From Thermoproteota archaeon (GTDB lineage Archaea > Korarchaeota > Korarchaeia > B14-G2), in the NCBI GenBank assembly GCA_037917675.1, contig JAVCBW010000016.1, positions 986 to 64,985 of the forward strand: a DNA stretch of 64,000 bases, read 5' to 3'. Position numbers and translations under genes: made by a program. Below the pieces are notes generated by a model. The model saw nothing but the letters and a program-made list of their open reading frames with translations. It was not told the DNA's origin and ran no database searches. Within the stretch, counting starts at the first letter, position 1; each line of letters starts with the position of its first letter. Positions 10,310 to 19,123 of the stretch are shown in pieces.

Positions 10310-10414
10310 CTACTCTAAGTTTACAGAGAAAGGTTTATCTACTCTCTAATTGAAGTCACCAGGTTCCCTGCTTTCTACAGGAGGAAGCCTAATTGTAACC
10401 AGATTAGGTTATGA

Positions 10415-10726
10415 TTATGGTAGTCTGACAGCTATTCTGACATCTTCTGGAATTGTTATACTCATAATTCTTCTCATGAAACGCTCATCTGGAGAGGGTA
10501 TATCTATTATTCTCTTGTGTATCCTTAGCTCCCATCGATCCCATGTTTTCCCACCTTCGCCACATGGGCTTTTTCTGGTTGTTATTCTAAGTCTTTTTGT
10601 TGGTAACGGGATTGGTCCTATTATATTTACACCAGACTTCCTCGCGACCTCCCTTATTTCCCCACATACTCTCTCAAGTGACTTGTAGTTTGTGCTGACA
10701 AGCTCTATCCTGATTCTAGCCTCCAA
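10415..10726 (-). CDS. rps10: 30S ribosomal protein S10 (uS10).
   Basis: 103 aa. ARIRIEL...IIGPIPLPTKRLRITTRKSPCGEG..WDRWELRIHKRIIDI is a canonical S10 sequence. Sits downstream of EF-1alpha, the conserved tuf-rps10 pair. Confidence 0.9.
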   Translation of the reverse strand: MEARIRIELVSTNYKSLERVCGEIREVARKSGVNIIGPIPLPTKRLRITTRKSPCGEGGKTWDRWELRIHKRIIDIPSPDERFMRRIMSITIPEDVRIAVRLP

Positions 10727-10757
10727 TTAGCGTCACCAAATAAGGGAGTTATGGTGG

Positions 10758-12029
10758 CTACCTTTTTCTCTCTGCTTTCTTCACGTCGAGGACTATTCCT
10801 GCTCCTATAGTTATTCCCATATCTCTGATAGCGAATCTCCCTAGCTGGTCGAAGTCTTGCCTTCTCTCGATTACAAGTGGTTTTATTGGCTTGAACCTCA
10901 CAACCGCAATGTCACCTTTCTTTATGAAACTTGGGTTCTTCTCTATTACTTGACCTGTTCTCGGGTCTCTTTTGTCTATTATCTCTACTATTCTGGATGC
11001 CATATGTGCTGTATGGACGTGGACTACTGGGGTATAGCCTACTGAGATTGCTGTTGGATGTCTTGTTATTACTATTTGAGCTGTGAACTCCTCTGCTACA
11101 GTCGGTGGATTATCTGGATGACCAACTACACAGCCTCTATGCACAAACTTCTTCTCGATGCCTTTAACGTTGAACCCTATGTTATCTCCTGGCTCTGCTT
11201 TATCTAGTCTCTTGTGGTGCATTTCTATGCTTCTGACTTCTCCTGTAGCTCCAGTAGGCTCCACAACGATTCTGTCACCTGGCCTAAGCACACCAGTCAC
11301 AACTCTTCCTACAGGAACTAATCCTACTCCAGTTATGGTGAATACATCTTGTATAGGTATCCTCAGGGGCTTATCGACTGGTTTTGGCGGCGAGCTCACC
11401 GTATCTAGCACCTCATAGAGCGTTGGTCCATCATACCATGGCATTTTGTCGCTTCTCTTATACACGTTGTCACCAACCCAGCCTGACACTGGTATAAAGG
11501 GTATTTTATCAACTGGATAGCCTATCTGCCTTAGCAGCTCCATGGCCTCCTCCTTGATCTCCTCAAATCTCTCTTTGCTGTAGTCTACAGTATCCATCTT
11601 GGATATGGCTACGATCAGCTGGTTTACACCAAGAACCTTTAGGAGGTATGCATGTTCTCGTGTCTGCTCTTGAACACCCTCCCCCTTCTTTGCTGATATC
11701 ACTAGGATGGCTGCATCAGCTTGGCTTGCTCCTGTTATCATGTTTTTGATGAAGTCTGCGTGACCTGGTGCATCTATCACAGTGATATACTTGTGAGGAG
11801 TCTCTATTTCTTCGTGAAAGAGGTCTATTGTTAACCCTCTTGCTCTCTCCTCCTTTAGTCTGTCACAAAGCCATGCGAACGTGAAGGATCCTGCCTCTTC
11901 CTCTGGTGGGAGATCCTTTACCTTGCCCATATCAAAGAACAGTCTACCTAACATGGTAGACTTCCCGTGGTCGACATGCCCTGCCAACACCACGTTAACA
12001 TGCTCCTTCTTTGAGCTCATCATATTCAC
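10758..12029 (-). CDS. tuf: Translation elongation factor EF-1alpha.
   Basis: GHVDHGKST P-loop, DAPGHADF and NKMD GTPase motifs. 423 aa. The true start may be the third Met (MSSKKEHVNVV...). Confidence 0.95.
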   Translation of the reverse strand: MNMMSSKKEHVNVVLAGHVDHGKSTMLGRLFFDMGKVKDLPPEEEAGSFTFAWLCDRLKEERARGLTIDLFHEEIETPHKYITVIDAPGHADFIKNMITGASQADAAILVISAKKGEGVQEQTREHAYLLKVLGVNQLIVAISKMDTVDYSKERFEEIKEEAMELLRQIGYPVDKIPFIPVSGWVGDNVYKRSDKMPWYDGPTLYEVLDTVSSPPKPVDKPLRIPIQDVFTITGVGLVPVGRVVTGVLRPGDRIVVEPTGATGEVRSIEMHHKRLDKAEPGDNIGFNVKGIEKKFVHRGCVVGHPDNPPTVAEEFTAQIVITRHPTAISVGYTPVVHVHTAHMASRIVEIIDKRDPRTGQVIEKNPSFIKKGDIAVVRFKPIKPLVIERRQDFDQLGRFAIRDMGITIGAGIVLDVKKAERKR

Positions 12030-12275
12030 CTATTCCTACACCATGAGGGTTTACCGGAGGAAGTATTAAACAGTTACCTTGCACTCTAGTATTTAGAATC
12101 TTAGGAGGTATAGAGGGAAACCAACCGCCTAGCTAGTCTTATCTGAGAGAATGAAAAATAAGAGGAGGTTACTCTATGCTGTAGCTAGCAAACAAGAGAA
12201 CTTGTTTGAGCTTGTATTAGACTAACAACCACCAGGAGTCTGGAAATAAACCTGGTGTAAAGCACTTCAGAGCAT

Positions 12276-12785
12276 GTGATTAATGAATATAAGAGCACAA
12301 GGCTAGTGGGCACACATGTTGGGTGGGTCACGTTGGAGGAGGCTGCTGAGATGGGAGCATATGGAGCTGCTGAAGAAATGGCATACAAAGCGTTTACAGC
12401 GAGAGCACTAACGCTAGGGCTTATCATGGGGTTTGTGTGGGTTGTTTCACAGATCATCATGGGAGCTATAGGAGGATACATGTGGACAGGAGAAGCTGCT
12501 GCAGCTATGATTATAGTAGCTTATGCTGTCTTCAGCTTGCTGGGAGGCAAAACTAGACCGGAGGAGTATGGAGTATATGGAACGGAGACAGCATGTTGCG
12601 CAGCCTTAGGATACCAGTTTGCCTTCCCAAGCACAGTTTACATCTTCATAGCTCCACAGTTCAGGAGATATCCGAGTTTCTCCCATCTTATATGGCTCCA
12701 GCAAGCAAAGATGTTCTTAAAGCAGCTGCAATGGGAGGCCCTGTCACGTGGAGTGAGTAGGCGGTTCCACTTGGGTTCTACATGA
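12276..12785 (+). CDS. Hypothetical small membrane protein with 2-3 TM helices.
   Basis: 169-aa ORF with Gly/Ala-rich hydrophobic helices. Its stop overlaps the next ORF's start as ATGA, which suggests translational coupling. The C-terminal 40 aa are Arg-rich and non-hydrophobic. Confidence 0.45.
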   Translation: MINEYKSTRLVGTHVGWVTLEEAAEMGAYGAAEEMAYKAFTARALTLGLIMGFVWVVSQIIMGAIGGYMWTGEAAAAMIIVAYAVFSLLGGKTRPEEYGVYGTETACCAALGYQFAFPSTVYIFIAPQFRRYPSFSHLIWLQQAKMFLKQLQWEALSRGVSRRFHLGST

Positions 12786-13345
12786 TACTAGGGCTAGCTT
12801 TATTCATGCTATCAGTCTTTACAGTGCTGCCATTCAGAAAGCAGGTTATAGAGGTTGAGAGAATCTCATTTCCAGTTGCAACAGCAGCTGCCACAGTCGT
12901 AAAGGTGGCAGCTGAAAAGGAGAGCCCTAGAAGAGCCAGGTGGCTTTGGCTTGGACTGCTTATAGGGCTGGTCGGGGGGCTGGTGCTCCCAGATAGCCTG
13001 CTTACAGCAATGGGAGTAAAGTGGAGGGGGCTCAGTACGCAGAAGGACTTCACGGGAAGGCTTCAAAGCATCTTACCAGGCTCAGCTCTAATGTTCCCTG
13101 AGATGACACCAGACTTAGTATGTTGGTTCTACCTGATACCGCTAGAAGTACAGGTCACAACTTTCATGACAGCAATCTTCTTCTATGTGATCCTAGCAAG
13201 CATACAGGTTAAGGCTGGGTGGCTAAGCTATACGCCAGATCAAACCTACGCTGAGTATCTGATAGAGTCAGCAGTACATGGAATAGGATACTGGCACCTT
13301 GGAAACGGGCTATATCTGGCAATAGGAGTTATACTCGTAATTTAA
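12782..13345 (+). CDS. Hypothetical membrane protein.
   Basis: 187 aa with several TM segments and no known motif. An in-frame stop lies 21 nt upstream of the ATG, so this is not a frameshifted continuation of the previous ORF. Confidence 0.5.
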   Translation: MILGLALFMLSVFTVLPFRKQVIEVERISFPVATAAATVVKVAAEKESPRRARWLWLGLLIGLVGGLVLPDSLLTAMGVKWRGLSTQKDFTGRLQSILPGSALMFPEMTPDLVCWFYLIPLEVQVTTFMTAIFFYVILASIQVKAGWLSYTPDQTYAEYLIESAVHGIGYWHLGNGLYLAIGVILVI

Positions 13346-13399
13346 TTGTATATAGGTATCTGAAAACCACTCTTCTCAGGGTGGTGAGCTCTCAGCCAG

Positions 13400-14347
13400 A
13401 TGAAAAAAGAAACGGAACCTATGACATATAGGTACATGTGGCTAGGAATGGCGATACTGTTCCTAGTAGCCTTAGGGATATTCGTGAAGATAGGGCTACC
13501 AGCTCCACTGGCGATAGTCATGTTGCTAATGCAAATGGGGTACTTTCATGCGTATATGAAAAGCATAGGCATGGAAGACTGGATGATCCCTCACGGCTAC
13601 CAAGTGAGGGCATTCTATGACTGGATATTCTTCAGAACAGGAATATATAGACCAGAAAGCAAGATAGGATTCCTGACAGGGTGGGGAAACACTATAGTAA
13701 CAGAGGCTGCTGCAGCAGCTGAAGTAGCATCGATGGAAACATTCAGGTTCGCGTTCTTAACCAGAATGAAGCCAAGGGACATGTTCATTGCGCAAGTCAT
13801 AGGAGCCATACTCATGTTCACCATAGGGCTCACAATAGTAGTAGCTCTAATGCATAAGTTTGGTGGAGCACTAGCCACGATGAGATTCATGTCAAGCTAC
13901 ATGGGAGAGCTTGGAGAGAGAACCATAAGAAGAAGCTTCTTAGACTGGAGAGCAAGCTCATTCTTTGGGGGTTTCTTGCTAGGTGCAGCAGTAATAGCAC
14001 TCAGAGTACTTGCACCAGGACTCCCACTAAGCGTCTATGGAGTGCTGTTTGGTCTGCTGATACCGGAATATGGACTACTATATCTCGTTACAGCAATAGC
14101 CAAGTACTTAACGCTCAGATATGGAGGGACAAGAGTTTACGAGGACATTGGAGTGCCATTTGCAGCAGGGCTTGCAACAGGAGACATCCTGATGGTTATA
14201 TTCACAGCTATAACGATCACGATGAGAGGTATAGGTATAGCTGAAATAGCAGGAATAGCCTCCACGAAGCTACTAGGAGGCATATTCCTTGCAGTATCGC
14301 TGGTGCCAGCAGTAATAGCAACTATCAGAGCATTCACACGTAGATAA
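13400..14347 (+). CDS. Hypothetical polytopic membrane protein.
   Basis: 315 aa with 7 or more TM helices. TATATA-like element about 35 nt upstream. Same strand and frame as the preceding ORF but separated from it by two stops. Confidence 0.55.
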   Translation: MKKETEPMTYRYMWLGMAILFLVALGIFVKIGLPAPLAIVMLLMQMGYFHAYMKSIGMEDWMIPHGYQVRAFYDWIFFRTGIYRPESKIGFLTGWGNTIVTEAAAAAEVASMETFRFAFLTRMKPRDMFIAQVIGAILMFTIGLTIVVALMHKFGGALATMRFMSSYMGELGERTIRRSFLDWRASSFFGGFLLGAAVIALRVLAPGLPLSVYGVLFGLLIPEYGLLYLVTAIAKYLTLRYGGTRVYEDIGVPFAAGLATGDILMVIFTAITITMRGIGIAEIAGIASTKLLGGIFLAVSLVPAVIATIRAFTRR

Positions 14348-14413
14348 CATCCATACTCTTATTTTGACCTTAGAGATTGTGGAAATGCTTAAATACAACC
14401 TTTAACAGCCGCA

Positions 14414-14887
14414 ATGGGGCGTAGTTTGGAAGAGGATCAGGTGGAAGGCTATAGGGTTAGGGGGGCGCTTATCGTCATGTGGAGTGCCTTTATACCCTCA
14501 CTTGGACTTCTGGCTTCAACCCTAGTCGAAGAAGACTTCATATCATCTGAGCTGATCAGTTTGGGAAGAATAGCGCTAGGTTATGCCTTCTTCTTCACAG
14601 CATTTGTGGCATTCCTATACATCGACTACTACGACAAAACAAAGTGCAGTAAGCTCTATAGGATCGATTTCAGCCATTATTTTAGAGTCTTCAGCAGGAT
14701 AACAGTGCTAGCTGGTGCAATTGGGGTGATATCGCTTCCTGCAACACTTGCATACTCAAATTGGATGCCAGCAGGTGCCATATTCATACTGAGCACATAT
14801 CTGATCTATGCACTTTGGACTAGGTTCATGGACAGGCTTGTTGAAGCCTATAAGCCTAGGAAAGGAAGGGTTAAATTGAAGAGGTAA
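14414..14887 (+). CDS. Hypothetical membrane protein with about 4 TM helices.
   Basis: 157-aa hydrophobic ORF ending in a basic tail (KPRKGRVKLKR). Confidence 0.45.
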   Translation: MGRSLEEDQVEGYRVRGALIVMWSAFIPSLGLLASTLVEEDFISSELISLGRIALGYAFFFTAFVAFLYIDYYDKTKCSKLYRIDFSHYFRVFSRITVLAGAIGVISLPATLAYSNWMPAGAIFILSTYLIYALWTRFMDRLVEAYKPRKGRVKLKR

Positions 14888-14955
14888 GTGGTGTTGGATA
14901 TGGCAAGACTCCCATATCATGTTGGAAAATGAGATGTAAGCATGAGGGCGGTAGT

Positions 14956-15195
14956 ATGGCAGGTAAAAGCTCTTTGGACCCTCTGACGCTACTAAAAAGA
15001 TACACTGGGGCATTAGTCAAAATAAGATTGAAAAGCGGGATCGAGATAAGAGGCAGATTAGAGAACTGCGATCGCTTTATGAACATGATCGTATCAGATG
15101 CGATAGAGTGTGAAGCAGTTAATGCACAGGCGATAAGGAAGTACGGTAAAATATTCATTAGAGGGAACAATATCTTGTTTGTTACAGTTGAGTGA
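14956..15195 (+). CDS. Sm-like (LSm/SmAP) archaeal RNA-binding protein.
   Basis: Sm1 and Sm2 motifs: ALVKIRLKSGIEIRGRLENCDRFMNMIVSDA ... KIFIRGNNILFV. The likely start is the internal Met at 14956 within the 14929 ORF. Confidence 0.8.
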   Translation: MAGKSSLDPLTLLKRYTGALVKIRLKSGIEIRGRLENCDRFMNMIVSDAIECEAVNAQAIRKYGKIFIRGNNILFVTVE

Positions 15196-15444
15196 AGAGT
15201 GATGTATTAAAGTATTAAACAAGATTATACATTAACATTCTAGAAGGAGATCACTCATATATTGAAGCTTTATCTGGTACTTCAAAATTATTCTCACCCC
15301 TATTTAAATATGGACGTTAATCTCTTCCAGAAGTCATTTAGGCGATAAGTTACTGTCTGTTATTTCAATAAGGGGTCATTAACTGTATGCTATAGACTAA
15401 TACTGGTCTATTTCTTGGCAAGAGTTAGCAGAGAATAAACAAAG

Positions 15445-15482
15445 TTTATAAAGAGAATCTGGCAGTATATTCCTAGTATACC
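15445..15482 (+). promoter_or_regulatory. Candidate BRE/TATA promoter elements for the histone gene.
   Basis: AAAG-TTTATAAA at 15445-15452 and GTATATTC at 15463-15470, 40-75 nt upstream of the histone ATG, in a 320-bp AT-rich spacer. Confidence 0.3.
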
Positions 15483-15520
15483 CAGCCTATGGGAAGTGGC
15501 TGTAGGGGGTGTAATGTGAT

Positions 15521-15730
15521 ATGGGGAGAAGAACTACTGAACTACCTCTAGCAGCCATGTATAGGATACTCAAGTCTGCTGGCGCAGAGAGAGTATCAGA
15601 CAGCGCGAAAAGGGCATTAGCAAAGGAAATTGAAAGGTATGCTTCTAGAGTAGCTGAAAAGGCAGTCAAATTAGCTCGACACGCTGGCAGGAAAACAGTG
15701 ACAGAGTCTGATATCGAGCTAGCAAAGTAG
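15521..15730 (+). CDS. Archaeal histone (HMf/HMt family histone-fold protein).
   Basis: 69 aa. LPLAAMYRILKSAGAERVSDSAKRALAKEIERYASRVAEKAVKLARHAGRKTVTESDIELA aligns along its whole length with HMfB (AGAERVS...KLA.HAGRKT...DIELA). Confidence 0.85.
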   Translation: MGRRTTELPLAAMYRILKSAGAERVSDSAKRALAKEIERYASRVAEKAVKLARHAGRKTVTESDIELAK

Positions 15731-15732
15731 CT

Positions 15733-17121
15733 TCAACCCCCCAATTTTTTAGCTGCAGTTTTGAATAGTACCCGGATCACTATCAACCTTATCCGGTTCC
15801 CTAAGAAGACTAGGATGATGATTAATAGGATGATTTGAGCTAGTATGTAGGTCATGCTTCTAGCCCTTGTCTCTATGTGCTCGGCTGTAGCTTCGCTGAT
15901 GAGCTGATCGATATAAGTTGCTTTAGTAAGCACCCTCTGATAGGCCTTTCTGGTCTTATCTACATCCATTTCTAAGAGAGCATACCTTCTCATTTTGCTT
16001 AGTTCATCCTTCAACTCTTTGACTATGGCATATGCTTCTTCCATTTTCTCTCCTCTCACACCGAGTGCCCTGTATGTTTCAACCTTCCTGCCTGCTTTCT
16101 CTATGACATCTTCTGTTGCATTTATGTATCTGAGTAATACAAGCAAAGTAGCATCTCTGGAATAGGCTATGCTCTTGTTTGCATAGAAGGTAGCTGTCGC
16201 ATTCCTTTTATTGAATAGTGCTACTGCTCTGATTAGCATGTCTGAGGCTTCTGCTAGAAGAAGATCTGCGCCTATTGCTGAGAGGTTATCTTGGATTAGC
16301 TTGATATAAGCTGAGAAAGCAAGGTTATATGTTCTGTTAGCCTCTGATATTATCATGAGAGCAAGTGTAGCATTGAATTTCTCTTTCACAGCTATGCTTA
16401 TCCTCGTGGAGTCCATGGATGTACCAAGGGTGTAGTTTATGAGAGCTGTTATCTCTAACTCTCCTGTGGTTATAGGTGGAAGCGTAGCGGATACATTCAT
16501 CAAGATGTCTTCTCCTGGTGGCACCCATGGTATCTCCTCTTGATACACTATGGTGGTATCAGCGTAGACTGAGAGCTTACATGACAGGTTAGGCTTGATA
16601 CCTGTGTTTACAAGGCGGAGTGTGATATACGCCTCCTGAGACCTTGGGAGGCTATGGCTGACAGACAAGATGTTTACCATGAGTTCTCCTTCAATCTTCT
16701 CCACTTTCACTGAGTAAAGCTCAGATTCAATCACAAGGAATCTCCATCGCATACCCTCCAAGACTGCTACCTTTACGTGTGCTCTGAACCGGTAGACTCC
16801 TGGAGGGATTTGATCTGGAGTGTTTCCGCTTATGTAGATGGCAATTGTCTCATTTTCCTCAAGTGGCCGATTTTCCATAGGTATCTCGAAGACCCCCCAT
16901 GTGAATGACACTCCAGCAGCTAGCAATCGGACTTCCCCAGGGTAATGGCTTGTCACTAAGACTGTTATGTTGAAAGGTACTCCTATGTATATTGGAGCCT
17001 CTAAAGCAGCTTTGACCTCAATTAGCTGCTGGAGCAGAGGGCTACAGGAGGCTTCTGCTGGGATAGCTAATGCTATTAATAGAGTCACAATCTTTTTCTT
17101 TGAGACGCTCTGAGCAGGCAT
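15733..17121 (-). CDS. Secreted or surface protein with N-terminal signal peptide, many N-glycosylation sequons and a C-terminal TM anchor (S-layer-associated or surface glycoprotein-like).
   Basis: 462 aa. N-terminal KKKIVTLLIALAIPAEA signal-like segment and a C-terminal hydrophobic helix followed by a basic tail (ILLIIILVFLGNRIRLIVIRVLFK). Multiple NxS/T motifs (NIT, NET, NLS, NVS, NYT, NAT, NRT). Confidence 0.6.
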   Translation of the reverse strand: MPAQSVSKKKIVTLLIALAIPAEASCSPLLQQLIEVKAALEAPIYIGVPFNITVLVTSHYPGEVRLLAAGVSFTWGVFEIPMENRPLEENETIAIYISGNTPDQIPPGVYRFRAHVKVAVLEGMRWRFLVIESELYSVKVEKIEGELMVNILSVSHSLPRSQEAYITLRLVNTGIKPNLSCKLSVYADTTIVYQEEIPWVPPGEDILMNVSATLPPITTGELEITALINYTLGTSMDSTRISIAVKEKFNATLALMIISEANRTYNLAFSAYIKLIQDNLSAIGADLLLAEASDMLIRAVALFNKRNATATFYANKSIAYSRDATLLVLLRYINATEDVIEKAGRKVETYRALGVRGEKMEEAYAIVKELKDELSKMRRYALLEMDVDKTRKAYQRVLTKATYIDQLISEATAEHIETRARSMTYILAQIILLIIILVFLGNRIRLIVIRVLFKTAAKKLGG

Positions 17122-17149
17122 TTAGATGAGCCTCACTTAGGGTGCTTAC

Positions 17150-19123
17150 TTGCTAGTTATAGGCATTGACATAGAGCCAGGTACCAGCCCAAGAGCACCT
17201 GAGGGGGGTAGGTATACGGTAGCTGTCATGAGAGATGGGGAGCTGGAGGCTATATTGCAGAACTTGAAGCTTATAGATGTCCTTCAGATCGTTAACAGGA
17301 GAAAAGTGAACTACTTGGCTGTCGACAACCCATATGAGCTGGCAGCTGACTCCAGAGACCTACTGAGAGTCCTCAGGAAGCTTCCCTACAATACTAGGCT
17401 TGTATGCCCAACTTGGAGCATGAAGCACGGCTTTAGGCAGCTGAGGAGAATAGCGGCAGAGCATGGAATACAGCTATCACAGAAGCCTTCTCCTGAAGAG
17501 GCAGCTGTAGCTATCGCAAAGCTAGCTTCACTTGGTGTAGGTGGGGTCATAGATGTCAGGCTTGGCTATACTAGAATTAAGATCGCTAGATGTAAGAGCC
17601 CTAAGCCAGGGGGGTCTAGCTCAGCTAGATGGGGGAGAAAACTTGCTGCATTATGCCAGAGTGTTGTTAGGGAGATAACTTCTGTTCTAAGTGAAAGGGG
17701 ATTTGATTTCGACGCTTATTATAGGAGAGCGACAGGGGGGCTTAGAAGCGCCGTAATAAATGTCTATTCAACAGACGACTTCCTACTTAGGATACCGAGG
17801 CTATATGCGGTAGACGGAGTCAGCATAGAGGTATATAGGCCTTTCATCGGGGGGCTAGTGATAAGGCCTCTGCAGGAAGAGCAGGAGGAGAAGCATAGAA
17901 GGCCAGTTATCGTTGGTATAGATGCTGGGATGACGACGGGGCTCTGCATATCAGCACTTACTGGAGAAGTCCTCGTGTTAGAGAGCTACAAGCATGCTTC
18001 TAGGGTAGATATACTTCAGAGGATAATGGAAGTAGGCGAACCTGTACTTTTTGCAGTAGATGTCCCAAGTCCACCTGCTAGTGTTATGAAGTTAGCCTCT
18101 GCATTCGGTGTTAAGGTGTTCAGGCCAGATAGGCCTCTGTCTACGAGAGAGAAAGCTGAAGTATGCGAGAAGGCAGTGAGTAGGAAGATGCTTAGCTCTA
18201 AGCCTCGTAATGCACATGAGAGGGATGCTCTAGCTGCGGTAGTTAAGGCCTTAGACTATTATTCTCCAGCATTTGAGAGAGCTGAAGCCCGTGTGAGAGA
18301 AGTAGGGGTCACGATACCGATCGATGTCATTAGGACATGGGTTATACAGGGAAAACCTGTGGATTCTTTGGTCAAGAAGTGGATTAAGGTGCCTGCAGCC
18401 GTGGAGCTTCCTACACCATCTGAGAAGCATGAGAAGAAGGCACATGAAGGCGAAGAAGCCAGGAAGCTCAAGGAGGAAGTCATGGATATGAGAAGGCTAG
18501 TCAGAGCGCTTGAGGTTGAGGTAGGCAAGCTTAAGGAAGAGAACCAGCAGCTTAGAGAGAGGATATATGGGTTTAAGAAAGAGATAGAGAAGGAGATCGA
18601 GTTGAAGAAGCTAAGAGGTCTCCTGAGGGAGTACCAGCAGAAGGTATCTCTCCTCCAAGCTAAGATAGCTCAGCTTGAAAAGCAAGTTGAAGAAGAGAGG
18701 AAGCTGCAGTTGGAGCTCGGTAGGAAACGTGTATTCCTAGCCAAATATATCCCAAAACTAACTAGAAGGCATCTAGTTGAGCTATTAGGATCCGTAGGGC
18801 TATCGAATGGTGATGTACTATGCGTTGGAGACGGAGCTGGGGCTGGAAAGCTTGCTGTATGCATGCTTTCCGATTACAATCCCCAAATTGTTGCCTTCTT
18901 CAGGAACATGCCGCCAAAAAGCATCCTCTCTCCACTAATCCAGAGGAAAGCATACATTTGTGAAATTGGATGCGAGGTGGGAATAGTGAGAGGGCACTTG
19001 GCGCTTTTAGACGATAGTGAAATGAAGGTCATAATGGAGGCTATTGAGAAGGAAGCTGAGAAAAAGAGCCCAGAGAAGATTCTAACCGAGATAGTGTCTG
19101 AATATAGGAGAAAGCTATCTTAG
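17150..19123 (+). CDS. Large conserved archaeal protein of the DUF460/COG2433 type. It has tandem predicted RNase H-like (RuvC/YqgF-like) domains and a central coiled coil.
   Basis: 657 aa. N-terminal VIGIDIEPG and second IVGIDAGMTTG motifs typical of RNase H-fold nucleases. A roughly 120-aa heptad-rich region follows (EEVMDMRRLVRALEVEVGKLKEENQQLRER...). Confidence 0.65.
   Translation: MLVIGIDIEPGTSPRAPEGGRYTVAVMRDGELEAILQNLKLIDVLQIVNRRKVNYLAVDNPYELAADSRDLLRVLRKLPYNTRLVCPTWSMKHGFRQLRRIAAEHGIQLSQKPSPEEAAVAIAKLASLGVGGVIDVRLGYTRIKIARCKSPKPGGSSSARWGRKLAALCQSVVREITSVLSERGFDFDAYYRRATGGLRSAVINVYSTDDFLLRIPRLYAVDGVSIEVYRPFIGGLVIRPLQEEQEEKHRRPVIVGIDAGMTTGLCISALTGEVLVLESYKHASRVDILQRIMEVGEPVLFAVDVPSPPASVMKLASAFGVKVFRPDRPLSTREKAEVCEKAVSRKMLSSKPRNAHERDALAAVVKALDYYSPAFERAEARVREVGVTIPIDVIRTWVIQGKPVDSLVKKWIKVPAAVELPTPSEKHEKKAHEGEEARKLKEEVMDMRRLVRALEVEVGKLKEENQQLRERIYGFKKEIEKEIELKKLRGLLREYQQKVSLLQAKIAQLEKQVEEERKLQLELGRKRVFLAKYIPKLTRRHLVELLGSVGLSNGDVLCVGDGAGAGKLAVCMLSDYNPQIVAFFRNMPPKSILSPLIQRKAYICEIGCEVGIVRGHLALLDDSEMKVIMEAIEKEAEKKSPEKILTEIVSEYRRKLS

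Noticed and set aside
10350-10688. 112-aa plus-strand ORF
   Set aside because: It lies antisense to the clearly identifiable rps10 gene, so it is a shadow ORF.
15200-15260. Possible C/D-box sRNA (GTGATGT C-box-like motif) at the start of the AT-rich spacer
   Set aside because: No D box (CTGA) or C'/D' pair at the appropriate spacing (about 50-70 nt). The motif alone is insufficient.
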